From Gemmatimonadota bacterium (GTDB taxonomy: Bacteria > Gemmatimonadota > Gemmatimonadetes > Longimicrobiales > Gaopeijiaceae): DNA of 64,000 bases. A program made the position numbers and the translations under genes. The DNA is taken from positions 110,886 to 174,885 of the forward strand of contig JBDHHQ010000003.1 in NCBI GenBank assembly GCA_039589315.1. Reading direction: 5' to 3'. How positions within the stretch are numbered: position 1 is the stretch's first letter; every line of letters starts with the position of its first letter. The notes below the pieces were generated by a model. It ran no database searches, was not told the DNA's origin, and saw only the letters and a list, made by a program, of their open reading frames with translations. Positions 48,410-57,232 of this stretch are shown here, one piece after another.

Positions 48410-49021
48410 TCAGGCTCCCTGTCGCTCGCTCCGAAGGCGGGGAATGAACCGGGGCACCGCGGCCTGGTACCGGCGATACTCGTCACCGAACCGGTCCACC
48501 AGCTCCCGCTCTTCCAGAACCACCACCGCGTAGAGCGCCGCCAATGTGAAGGCCGCGGTCAGGTACACGACCAGATAATTGGTCATCAGGGCCGTTCCCA
48601 CGACGCTCACCGAGATCCCCAGATACCGGGGATGTCGCACGCGGCCGTAGATCCCGTCGCGCAAGAGCCGGCCCCGGTCGCCGGCCGACTGCAGCTCGGG
48701 CACGCCCGCGAGGACCCTGAACTTCAAGTGGTCCTTCGCCAGCTTGTCGATCCAGACCCCGACGGCGAACAGGCCGAGCCCCGGGATCGCCAGTGGCCAC
48801 GCCAATCCGAGGTCCACGGCCATGACGGGATCCCTGAGGTAGAACACGGCACCTGCCATGATCAGCATCGGCGGTATGAGGATCCAGTAGGTGCGGGCGA
48901 CGCCGACCCGTCGCCAGAACCCGATCAACGGATGCACCACGATCCAGAACAGCACTGCCGGCGGAAGGAAGGCCGTCATCCACAAGCCCAGGAAGTACCG
49001 CACGCCCTCCAGGATACTCAT
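48410..49021 (-). CDS. Isoprenylcysteine carboxyl methyltransferase / PEMT-family membrane protein
   Basis: TM helices; GIYGRVRHPRY, EEREL..RFGDEY..Y...VPRFIP. Confidence 0.85.
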   Translation of the reverse strand: MSILEGVRYFLGLWMTAFLPPAVLFWIVVHPLIGFWRRVGVARTYWILIPPMLIMAGAVFYLRDPVMAVDLGLAWPLAIPGLGLFAVGVWIDKLAKDHLKFRVLAGVPELQSAGDRGRLLRDGIYGRVRHPRYLGISVSVVGTALMTNYLVVYLTAAFTLAALYAVVVLEERELVDRFGDEYRRYQAAVPRFIPRLRSERQGA

Positions 49022-49056
49022 TGTCCCTGACAACTATATGATGGTACCATGGTACC
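49021..49056. promoter_or_regulatory. Candidate divergent promoter with palindromic tandem-octamer operator (ATGGTACC x2)
   Basis: Perfect 14-bp palindrome GGTACCATGGTACC (49043-49056). TTGTCC-N18-TACCAT on the + strand; TACCAT hexamers also on the - strand. Confidence 0.55.
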
Positions 49057-49386
49057 GTGACTCCACGAGAACCCCGACCCGGATTGCCACCCATGTCCCC
49101 TGGCCGCAGAAGCCGGCAGCCGGCCGGCACGCGAACCGTCGAACGGATTCAGACCGGCGTGCGCATGGAGAAGCGGATGGTGAAAGTGCTCAAGGGACTG
49201 GCCGAGTACCTCGACCTATCCTTGGGCGACCTCATGGAAGGAATCGTACTCCACGCCTTCGAAAGCAAACCGCCGTTCTCCGAGGCGACCCTGTCGAGGA
49301 TCTCCCAACTCAAGGAGGTCTACGGCATGGACTACGGCGCTGACGCGAGTCACCGGCTCGAGGAAGGTGCCTCCGAGGCGGGCTGA
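49057..49386 (+). CDS. Small putative DNA-binding protein (ribbon-helix-helix-like)
   Basis: RIQTGVRM strand followed by two amphipathic helices (EKRMVKVLKGLAEYL, SLGDLMEGIVLHAF). Start is GTG 49057 or ATG 49093. Confidence 0.7.
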   Translation: MTPREPRPGLPPMSPGRRSRQPAGTRTVERIQTGVRMEKRMVKVLKGLAEYLDLSLGDLMEGIVLHAFESKPPFSEATLSRISQLKEVYGMDYGADASHRLEEGASEAG

Positions 49387-49521
49387 CCCCGTTCCGGCTC
49401 CCCGCGACCCTTCTTCAGTGACGGGTGGGAGCCCCATCGGGATTGGGCTGGGGCAGAGCCCGGTGCAACATCGAAAGCGCCCTCGCAGCGGCGGCGACGC
49501 AGACCCCCCTGCAGGTGGGGC

Positions 49522-49552
49522 TTGCACCTCACGTAACGTGAGGTTGTAGGGT
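49522..49552 (+). promoter_or_regulatory. MerR-type promoter/operator (ptipA-like)
   Basis: -35 TTGCAC, 19-bp spacer, -10 TAGGGT. The dyad ACCTCACGT-A-ACGTGAGGT (49526-49544) spans the spacer. Confidence 0.88.
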
Positions 49553-49584
49553 CGACGCGAGACCCGCTCGAAGGGAGGAGCTCC

Positions 49585-50331
49585 GTGGGCGAAACCGAGC
49601 TGAAGGTGGGAGAGCTGGCCGACCGGACCGGCCTTTCGGTCCGAACGCTGCACCACTACGACGAGATCGGCCTGCTGGCACCGTCTCGCCGGACCGCGGC
49701 CGGCCACCGCCTGTACGCCCTGGCACAGGTCACGCGCCTGCAGCAGATCCAGTCCCTGCGCTCGCTCGGCTTCTCCCTCGACGAAATCCGGGACTGTCTG
49801 GCTCGTCCGGGGTGGTCGGCGGAGCGGGTCGTGCGGCTTCACCTGGAGGCGCTCGACCGCCAGATCGAGCATCAGCAGCGGCTCCGGCAGAGGCTGGAGT
49901 GGCTGCGTGACCATCTCGATCGGTCGGAGGCGGTCTCGCTGGAAGACCTCATTCAAACCGTGGAGGCAACGACGATGTTGGTAAAGTACTACTCGCCGGA
50001 GCAGCTCGAGCAGCTCGCCGACCGGCGCAAGGAGGTGGGTGAAGAGAAGATCCGGGAGGTACAGACCTGTTGGGGCGACCTCATCCCCCGGGTCCAGGAG
50101 GCCCTCGACCGGGGCGCCACCAGCGACGATCCAGACGTCGCCCAGCTGGCCAGGGAGTGGCGAGATCTGACGCGGGAAACCGTCGCCGGATTCACCGGTG
50201 GCGACGCCGGCATAGGAGCGTCGCTGGGCCGGATGTGGAAGGAGGAGCCCGGGGCCTGGACTCGCTTCGGCATGAGCCCCGAAGTCGTGGGGTTCATCGT
50301 GGACGCGGTACGGAGGCTGGACGACGGCTGA
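49585..50331 (+). CDS. MerR family regulator with TipAS-like ligand-binding domain
   Basis: GGAGGAG RBS; KVGELA..TGLSVRTLHHYDEIGLL; C-terminal W..LI....D...Q.LA..W...FTGGD. Confidence 0.92.
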   Translation: MGETELKVGELADRTGLSVRTLHHYDEIGLLAPSRRTAAGHRLYALAQVTRLQQIQSLRSLGFSLDEIRDCLARPGWSAERVVRLHLEALDRQIEHQQRLRQRLEWLRDHLDRSEAVSLEDLIQTVEATTMLVKYYSPEQLEQLADRRKEVGEEKIREVQTCWGDLIPRVQEALDRGATSDDPDVAQLAREWRDLTRETVAGFTGGDAGIGASLGRMWKEEPGAWTRFGMSPEVVGFIVDAVRRLDDG

Positions 50332-50381
50332 GGCCCCCCGACCCGTGGTCCCCGTCTCCCGAACAGGGAGGCGGGGCCCGG

Positions 50382-50468
50382 TCACGCGCCTCGGACCCAA
50401 GCGCGGGTGGAGCGAACGAGCTCCGTGATCGGCTCCGGACAGCCCGCGAGAAGCTCCTCGAGGGTCAC
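50382..50468 (-). pseudogene. Short gene remnant, possibly a DUF1801/YdhG-like N-terminus
   Basis: 28-aa peptide MTLEELLAGCPEPITELVRSTRAWVRGA directly after the yfiT-like stop. Confidence 0.3.
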
Positions 50469-50482
50469 TCCACGGAGTAGGC

Positions 50483-51571
50483 TCAGTCCCAGCCCATGCG
50501 GGCCCTGAGCCGTGTGATATGGGCCACGTGGTGGCGGCTGTGCCAGCAGTAGACCTGAAGTAGCTGCTCCAGGCTCATCCGTCCCAGCTCCGGATGGAGG
50601 ATCGCCCGCTGCCAGCCCTCCTCGTCCACGTTGCGGAGCCACCGCACCCACCGGTCGTGCAACGCCTCCAGAAGCGTGAGGGAGACGTCGACCGGCCCTT
50701 CTCTCCCGTCCAGCTCCTCGGCCCAGCGGGCTTCCTCGTACGTGACGATCGTGGGCTCCTCCTCGGTGGCGCCCAGCTTGAACCGCACGTACGAGTTGAG
50801 GTGGCTGTCCGGCACGTGGTGGACGACCTGTCGCACCGTCCATCCGCCGGGACGGTAGGGAGTGTCCAGCTGGCCCTGGTCCAGGCCCTCTACGGCGGCG
50901 CGCAGGCGAGCGGGCATGGCCGCGATCTCGTCGATGCACCGACTCCGCTGCTCAGGAGTGAGCTCGGGCTCGACACTGAGCCGTCCGACTGGGTATCGAA
51001 GGGCCTCCAACTCCAGGTCGTTCACTGCCGCCTCCCCGGTTGTCGCTGCGATGGGCGGCAAGGTGTTGGGGGGCGGTCCGGCGCGCAACCGATCACCCGT
51101 CACGAAGTCGTGGCGGTGGCGGTGCGGCGCCTGCTCGGGCTCCGGGCCCCCCGGCCGCAACAGGTAGTCTCGAACGAAGCGGGCGTCAGCCGGCGCCAGG
51201 TTCATAGCGGCGAGCTCTTCCGCCCGGGCCCACCTGATCTCGGTGTGCTCCAGGGCCCGGGGGTCCCCTTCGACCGACACCTCGACGAACCGGATCTCGA
51301 AGGCCGCGCCCGGATCGATGGCGACGAACAGGACCCGACCGACCGAGGCGACCTCGAGGTCCAGCTCCTCCGCCAGCTCCCGCTGGGCCGCCTGCAGGTC
51401 GTCCTCTCCCGCGTGGACCTTGCCGCCGGGGAACTCCCACAGTCCCCCGTGATGCTTGTGCTCCGGTCGCCGGCCGAGCAGGTAGACGTCGTGGCGCCGG
51501 ATGACCGCGGCGACCACTTCGCCTGGCTTCGTGGCGCGGGGAGCGGGTGGCGTGCCGGTTTCGACGTCCAT
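50483..51571 (-). CDS. NUDIX (MutT/NudG-like) hydrolase in frame with a YfiT/BstA-like thiol transferase (fusion or read-through)
   Basis: Nudix box WEFPGGK...AAQRELAEEL; then LRYPVG, YRPGGWTVRQVVHHVPDSH, WHSRHHVAHI. Internal GGAGG-GTG start at 51025. Confidence 0.85.
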   Translation of the reverse strand: MDVETGTPPAPRATKPGEVVAAVIRRHDVYLLGRRPEHKHHGGLWEFPGGKVHAGEDDLQAAQRELAEELDLEVASVGRVLFVAIDPGAAFEIRFVEVSVEGDPRALEHTEIRWARAEELAAMNLAPADARFVRDYLLRPGGPEPEQAPHRHRHDFVTGDRLRAGPPPNTLPPIAATTGEAAVNDLELEALRYPVGRLSVEPELTPEQRSRCIDEIAAMPARLRAAVEGLDQGQLDTPYRPGGWTVRQVVHHVPDSHLNSYVRFKLGATEEEPTIVTYEEARWAEELDGREGPVDVSLTLLEALHDRWVRWLRNVDEEGWQRAILHPELGRMSLEQLLQVYCWHSRHHVAHITRLRARMGWD

Positions 51572-51906
51572 GGCCAACCCCGAGGGAGTCGTGAGGGAGC
51601 GTCGACCCAAGCTGGGGGGCCACGTCCAAGTCGGGCAACCGCCGCACGGACGATGACGCAGGTGGGGCTCCCCGTGACCCCCACGCCTCCATGGGGCCAC
51701 CGACGGGCGGATACGTCACACCGCGTGGCCCAGCCCCCAACGCCCGCGTACTCCTGTCTTCGGCACGCTTCCCGGTCTCCTTCGACTTCGGTAGGCGCCA
51801 TCAGATCCACGCCAACTGGGCCTTCCCGGAGGGCGCCGTCCACCTCCACCAGCGACGGCTCTACGTGAGGCGGAGCTACCCCTCCGTGGGCAGGGGGGGC
51901 CGACCC

Positions 51907-52212
51907 TCACAGCTCCAGCGGCTCGCTGCTCGCCACCCGGTAGGCACCGCCCTCCGGCGGATCCGCCAGGCACTCCTTCAGGGTGGGCAGCGCCCTCTGG
52001 TAGATCTCGCTGCTCCGGTGGCGGATCCGGGCGTCGGCGCTGTCGTACACCTCCACCGCCACGAATACGTTGGGCTCGGTGATGGACTCGCAGATTTCGT
52101 AGCTCGAGACCCCAGGGACGTGCCGGCTGTCGTGGATGACGTCCGTGACGGCATCGAGGAAGTCGGCCCGCTTGTCGGGCCGGACGTGGAGCCGGGCGCG
52201 AACCACGAGCAT
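51907..52212 (-). CDS. Antibiotic biosynthesis monooxygenase (ABM) / putative quinol monooxygenase
   Basis: GGAAGGAG RBS; 101 aa; SR.VPG..SY......PNVFVAVEVY......H. Confidence 0.8.
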   Translation of the reverse strand: MLVVRARLHVRPDKRADFLDAVTDVIHDSRHVPGVSSYEICESITEPNVFVAVEVYDSADARIRHRSSEIYQRALPTLKECLADPPEGGAYRVASSEPLEL

Positions 52213-52341
52213 GACGTATCTCCTTCCGGTTACAACGTCTTCGAGTGATCCCGCCTCCAAGCTCGAACGCGGTGCGCGCGCTGGCAAGCCAGAGACAGAC
52301 CCCGACGCGCCGATGCGGTCGCGCCGGTGACCCGCAGCCCT

Positions 52342-53574
52342 TCAGGGGCCGGCGTCCCCGCCGCCCCCCAAGGCCGCGGCGGCGGTGAGCGCATAGATCG
52401 CCGCGCACTCCACTACTCTCGGAACCTCGACGAACTCGTGCGGTCCGTGGGAGCTGGACAGCTCGCCGGGACCGTAGGCGAGAGCGGGAACCCCGAGCTC
52501 ATCGTAGAACCGAGTCTCCAGAAGACCCGGACACAGCTCGAATCGAGGGACCGTGTCGGTCACCGCCCGCACGGCAGCCGCGAGGGCCCGCGCCGGCACG
52601 GAATCCTCCGCCGCCTGACTGGACCCGCCTTCCTGAAGCGTCTCCACCTCCACCGTGACACCCGGCGTCGAGGCTCCGTGAATCACGTCCAGCAACCGAG
52701 CGCGCTCCGTCTCCAGATCCTCCTCCGGATTGAAGCGACGCTCCACCGTGAACGAGAACTCCGAGGGCACCACGTTGAAGTGGGAGCCGCCGGCGATGTC
52801 TCCGCCCAGCATGAGGATGGAGCGCTGAGCCGCCTCCGGCTCCACCGCCAAGGCGGTACGGCGATGCTCGACTTCCCGCTTCACCGCCATCAACCCCTCG
52901 ATCACGGGGACCGCGGCCTCGAAGGCGTTCGCACCCTCGTGCTGGAGGCCCACGTGGGCGCTCCGCCCGCGGAACCGGATACGCAGCGTGATGGCGCCAC
53001 GGTTGCCATTCCAGATCACGCCGCTGGTGGGCTCGCCCAGGATCATCCCCACGCCGCCCCGCCCCAGCTGCCCGGACCGGGAGAGCGCGCCGGAGCCCCA
53101 CTCCCCACCCGTCTCCTCGTCGGGAACGACCACCAACTCTACGCGGCCAAGGCGCGCCAGACCGAGCTCCCGCACGATGGCCAGACTCGCGACCATCGAG
53201 GCGAGTCCGCCCTTCATGTCCGAGGCCCCTCGCCCGCGGATCCGGTCCCCGTCGAGCGCGGCCTCGAACTGGCTCGGATCCTGCGCCGGCACGACGTCGT
53301 AATGGCCGTGCAGGTAGAGCGTGGAGCCTTCGCCGAACCCGGCCGTCAACACGTGCCGCGGCTCACCGTCGACCGGAGAAAAGGTAGTGACCCGCGGCTC
53401 GAATCCCAGCGCCGTCAACTCCGAGGAAAGAAGGTCGACGCAGTCTCCGTACGCGTGGCCGGGCGGATTCTCCGACGGAATCGCCACCAGCCGCCGGGTG
53501 AAGTCCACCAGCCAGTCCCGCCAGTCGTCCGCGAGCGCGACGGCGGCGTCCACCGTATTCTTCTCGAGTTCCAC
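52342..53574 (-). CDS. M20 family deacylase (ArgE/DapE-like)
   Basis: HGHYDVVP, GRGASDMKGG, DEETGG, GEPT, H...E. Confidence 0.9.
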   Translation of the reverse strand: MELEKNTVDAAVALADDWRDWLVDFTRRLVAIPSENPPGHAYGDCVDLLSSELTALGFEPRVTTFSPVDGEPRHVLTAGFGEGSTLYLHGHYDVVPAQDPSQFEAALDGDRIRGRGASDMKGGLASMVASLAIVRELGLARLGRVELVVVPDEETGGEWGSGALSRSGQLGRGGVGMILGEPTSGVIWNGNRGAITLRIRFRGRSAHVGLQHEGANAFEAAVPVIEGLMAVKREVEHRRTALAVEPEAAQRSILMLGGDIAGGSHFNVVPSEFSFTVERRFNPEEDLETERARLLDVIHGASTPGVTVEVETLQEGGSSQAAEDSVPARALAAAVRAVTDTVPRFELCPGLLETRFYDELGVPALAYGPGELSSSHGPHEFVEVPRVVECAAIYALTAAAALGGGGDAGP

Positions 53575-53609
53575 CGTTTCTCTCCGCAGCCGTTCCGTTC
53601 GCGACGCGT

Positions 53610-54242
53610 CTACCCCAGGTCGAGCCTCTCGACGGCCCTCGACCTGGGGTACTCGATGTAGGCGGCCGTCTCGTCGGCCACCTCCCGTCCGTGCAGCATC
53701 TCGACGATCTGGAACGCCATGTCGATGCCGGCCGCCACCCCAGCGGAGGAGATGATTCCGTCCGACACCACCCTCGCCCCCGCTTCCACCGTGATCGATG
53801 GGTCGAGCTCGGCCAGGAGACCCACCGCTCCCCAGTGCGTGGTGGCTCGCCGGCCACGGAGCAGCCCTGCCGAAGCCAGCAACAGGGAGCCCGTGCAGAC
53901 CGAGGCCACCTGTTCAGCGTCGTCGGCCCGTCGCCGGATCCAGTCGAGCCACTCCTCGTCGCCCATGAGATCCCGCGTGCCAAAACCGCCCGGTATGACA
54001 AGCAGCTGGGCGGTAGGCATGTCGTCGAACCCGAAGTCCGGGACGACCCGGAGTCCGCCCGTGGCCGTGACGGTCTCCACGGTTCGGGCCACGGTGAACA
54101 CCCGGAAGGGCGCCGACGCTTCCGAGCGGCGAGACCGGGGGCCCGGCTCGAGTCTGGTACGCGAGAAGACCTCGTACGGACCGGCGAAGTCCAGGACCTC
54201 GACGCCGTCGAAGATCAGGATGCCCACATTCTTTCGTTCCAT
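53610..54242 (-). CDS. DJ-1/PfpI family protein
   Basis: GVEVLDFAGPYEVF, PGG, SVCTG, ATTHW, SAGVAAGID. Confidence 0.9.
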   Translation of the reverse strand: MERKNVGILIFDGVEVLDFAGPYEVFSRTRLEPGPRSRRSEASAPFRVFTVARTVETVTATGGLRVVPDFGFDDMPTAQLLVIPGGFGTRDLMGDEEWLDWIRRRADDAEQVASVCTGSLLLASAGLLRGRRATTHWGAVGLLAELDPSITVEAGARVVSDGIISSAGVAAGIDMAFQIVEMLHGREVADETAAYIEYPRSRAVERLDLG

Positions 54243-54425
54243 CGGTGTCACCTTCTCGGAGCGGCCGATCCACGCAAGTCTTGACCAAAGCGCCAGTTCG
54301 TCGCCATCGTTTCCCCGCCTGCCGTGCACTTTCACCGCATGCGCAGCAGGATGTTCCATGGGAGAGCACTTGGTGGTCCGGAGATCCGAGCACCCCGAGC
54401 CCCCCGCACTTGGAGAGTCCGGAAA

Positions 54426-54635
54426 ATGCGCATCTCCGGCACCGTCAAGTGGTTCAATGACGAAAAAGGCTACGGCTTCATCGCTCGCGATGATGGCGAA
54501 GGCGATTGTTTCGTCCACCACTCGGCAATTCAGGGATCCGGCTTCAAGTCCCTGAACGAGGGCGAGCGCGTCGAGTTCGACGTCGTTCAGGGCCAGAAGG
54601 GCCCGGCGGCGGAGAACGTCTCGCGCGTCGAGTAG
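54426..54635 (+). CDS. Cold-shock protein
   Basis: [15 protein letters not shown] (RNP1), CFVHHSAI (RNP2), [10 protein letters not shown]. Confidence 0.95.
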   Translation: MRISGTVKWFNDEKGYGFIARDDGEGDCFVHHSAIQGSGFKSLNEGERVEFDVVQGQKGPAAENVSRVE

Positions 54636-54657
54636 ACCGCACCGGCGTGAAACGCTG

Positions 54658-54698
54658 GAAGCCGGGGTCCCCCAGACGGGGCCCCGGCTTCTTCTTTT
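54658..54698 (+). terminator. Rho-independent terminator after the csp gene
   Basis: Stem GAAGCCGGGGTCCC / GGGGCCCCGGCTTC followed by TTCTTTT. Confidence 0.85.
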
Positions 54699-54771
54699 GC
54701 CTCGGGTGCCCGGCCGCGACACGGCGCCGTCAACGCCTTCCGAAGGCCCGGCCGCGCTCGGCCGCGTCCTG

Positions 54772-55845
54772 TCACGGTCGTGACCAGGTGACGCCCTTCA
54801 TGCGGTCCACGAAGCCGCTGCCGAAGGCCATGGCCGGGGTCAGCGCCCCGGCCGGCGGCCCCGCGTAGTCGTCTCGCAACAGCTCGGTTACGGCAGTACA
54901 CGCGCTGTCCGCCGTGAACGCATAGGCGTTGGGTGTGGTCAGCTCCACCGCTGCGCGCTCACCTTCCTCGTTCCACGCCTCTGCCCAGACCCGGGCCATG
55001 CCGCTTGCGAGCTCGGCGGCGTCCGGACCGCCGCGCAGGCGGTCCAGCAGGGCCTGGACCGCCCGACGGGCGGGGCGTTGTCGGCTGAGCCACCGTAGCG
55101 GTCCGGACGTCCGCAGCAGTCCTCGCGGTACGGGCGTGAACACCCGTATCTCGGGAATCCCGGTGGAATACCACGCCGTGCTTACGTCACCCCAAGGGAT
55201 GCACATGCAGCTCCTCGGCCGGTCGGTGAACGGAATCGTGCGCGTGAGCCGGCCGTGAGCCACGTCCACCAATCGCCCGTCGCGGCGGATCTGCCCGGGC
55301 CTCGCCAGGCCTTCCACCATGCCCTTCAGGGTGCCGGTGCTCGGTCGGCCGGAGGCCGTGAAAGCGATGTCGAGGTGGGTGGGCGCAGCGATCCGTCTGG
55401 CCACGCGGACCGCCGCGCAGTCAGTGGAAACGACGTCGAATCCGGCGCCGGCAAGGAGCACCACGCCGGCGTCACGGGCCCTGTCGTCGAGGGCATGCAC
55501 CGCCTCCAGGACCTCGATCTCTCCCGTGATGTCCAGGTAGTGGCAGCCGGCGCCCAGGCACGCCTCGGTCATGGATCGGTAGGTCCACGCGAAGGGACCC
55601 GCGGCGTGCACCACGGCGGCCATGCCGTCGATGCCGGCGCGTGCCTGGTCGGCGTCGTCGAGAGGGAATGCCCGGGATGGAAGCCCCAACTCCCGGGCCA
55701 GCGCCTCCGTCCTGGCCCGGTTCCGGCCGGCGAGCACCGGCGCCAGCCCGCGGGCCACCGCCAGGCGAGCGATGAGCCCCCCGGTGAACCCGTACGCGCC
55801 ATAGAGGAGCCACCGGCCCCCTGCGGACTGCCCGTCGTCGCTCAC
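54772..55845 (-). CDS. Saccharopine dehydrogenase-like NAD(P)-binding protein
   Basis: LYGAYGFTG, AGRN, AGPF, YLDITGE, GFDVV.DC. Confidence 0.85.
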   Translation of the reverse strand: MSDDGQSAGGRWLLYGAYGFTGGLIARLAVARGLAPVLAGRNRARTEALARELGLPSRAFPLDDADQARAGIDGMAAVVHAAGPFAWTYRSMTEACLGAGCHYLDITGEIEVLEAVHALDDRARDAGVVLLAGAGFDVVSTDCAAVRVARRIAAPTHLDIAFTASGRPSTGTLKGMVEGLARPGQIRRDGRLVDVAHGRLTRTIPFTDRPRSCMCIPWGDVSTAWYSTGIPEIRVFTPVPRGLLRTSGPLRWLSRQRPARRAVQALLDRLRGGPDAAELASGMARVWAEAWNEEGERAAVELTTPNAYAFTADSACTAVTELLRDDYAGPPAGALTPAMAFGSGFVDRMKGVTWSRP

Positions 55846-55867
55846 GCTACCAACTTCCGGCTCGGAG

Positions 55868-56197
55868 CTACTTGTGCGGGAGCGACGCGGCGAAGTCACG
55901 TCCCCGCGCCACCCAGGCGGTCAGCTCGCCATCGTCTTCGAGTCCCTCCGGCGACACGTAGACGAACCCCTTCAGCGACCGCCCCGTGAAGTCCATCTCG
56001 CGGGCATGGGGCTGGGCCAGCGCATCGCCGTAGCCGGCCAGGCCCACGCGGACCATGAGCTCCTCGCCCGTCACGCCGCACGCCATGTTGCCGTTCACCA
56101 GGAAGCAGAGCCCGCCGAACATCTTCTTCTCCGCGAAGCCGGGTGTCGCCTGAAGGCCCTCCCGGATCCGCTGGGCCAACCCCTCGTCGTACGCCAT
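55868..56197 (-). CDS. TfoX/Sxy N-terminal domain protein
   Basis: MAYDE.LA.RIR, KKMFGGL.F..NGNM, MDFTGR. Confidence 0.88.
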   Translation of the reverse strand: MAYDEGLAQRIREGLQATPGFAEKKMFGGLCFLVNGNMACGVTGEELMVRVGLAGYGDALAQPHAREMDFTGRSLKGFVYVSPEGLEDDGELTAWVARGRDFAASLPHK

Positions 56198-56198
56198 G

Positions 56199-56822
56199 TC
56201 AAGCTCCCTCGTCGGGTCGTTTCTCGAGCACCCACGTTGTCATGGCACGCATGCGCTCCACCACCGTGGTCTTGATGGGCTCCAGCTGCGCGCCCCCCAG
56301 CCGTGCGGCGCGGTCTCGCAGAAAGGCCGCATCCACGAGGAATCGCTCGGTGCCGTCCGGAATCCGGTACCAGCGGGGCCGTATCGGCACCACGAGCTCC
56401 TCGATCCCGACCGTGGACGCCAGCCTCGTAAACAAGATCCCGCCGGGAGCGAGCACCCGCCACATCTCCGTCAGCATCGCGTCGAACACCTCCTCGCTCG
56501 GCGCAAAGTGGAGCACGGCGCTGCTGATGACGAAGTCGAATGACGCGTCAGCGAGGGACAGATCCTCCAGGGACCCGACGCAGAAGCGCCCCCGGGGGAG
56601 GTCGGGGCGCAGGCTCCGGGCCAACGCCTGTGCCTTCTCCAGCCGGTCGGGATCGCTGTCGACGCCCCAGACGTCGAACCCGTTCCTCAGCAGATACACC
56701 AGATTTCGGCCGCTGCCGCATCCCGCGTCGAGCACCCGCATACGCCGGGTGAGCCGACCTTTCAGGAGTTGGTCGAACAAATAGATGTCGATGGAGCCGA
56801 ACGTCTCCTGGAGGTCCTTCAT
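56199..56822 (-). CDS. Class I SAM-dependent methyltransferase
   Basis: VLDAGCGSGRN, FDFVISSAVLHF, RVLAPGG. Confidence 0.9.
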   Translation of the reverse strand: MKDLQETFGSIDIYLFDQLLKGRLTRRMRVLDAGCGSGRNLVYLLRNGFDVWGVDSDPDRLEKAQALARSLRPDLPRGRFCVGSLEDLSLADASFDFVISSAVLHFAPSEEVFDAMLTEMWRVLAPGGILFTRLASTVGIEELVVPIRPRWYRIPDGTERFLVDAAFLRDRAARLGGAQLEPIKTTVVERMRAMTTWVLEKRPDEGA

Positions 56823-57103
56823 GGGGATTCCCGCGTGGCTGGTGCTTCCGGCCGCTACGGGCCTTCGGGTCTGAAGGTGGCGGCGGCGATGATGCGAGGA
56901 CGCCGGGGCGCGCTACCGGACGGTTCGTCTCGTGCGACCAAGAAGCCCACAGGGTCCCTCGCAGCGCAAGTGGGTCCCCGGGAAAGGCCCTCGGCCGCCT
57001 CCTCCGGATCGTCGCGCGGTGGGCCGGCGTGAGCCTTCGATTCCAGGCCCGTGTCCGTGACCTCGGCCGGGCCTGCGAGCTCGGGGCGGAGCCTCCATTT
57101 TCG

Positions 57104-57134
57104 TTGCCCAGCCGCCCGGCCGGGCCTATATACT
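57104..57134 (+). promoter_or_regulatory. Candidate sigma70 promoter of the fdh operon
   Basis: TTGCCC (57104) followed by TATATACT (57127-57134), a short AT-rich patch in a GC-rich spacer. Confidence 0.4.
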
Positions 57135-57232
57135 CATGCGAGACGGCCCGGCCTGCCGGGCCGTTCCTCTGAGGGGGCGGGGCGCCACCCGGCCGCGGCC
57201 CCCGTACGGTCACCCGCAATCCACGGACGGGG

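Noticed and set aside
51600..51900. Possible small gene between the NUDIX and ABM genes
   Set aside because: No frame shows a recognisable motif with a convincing start and stop.
57010..57060. tRNA-like TTCGATTCC motif (possible tRNA-Sec) upstream of fdh
   Set aside because: I could not build an acceptor stem, D-arm or TCA anticodon arm around it.
56823..57232. Moco/Wco riboswitch in the fdh leader
   Set aside because: GC-rich hairpins are present, but I could not recognise the conserved motif elements; an Rfam scan would be needed.
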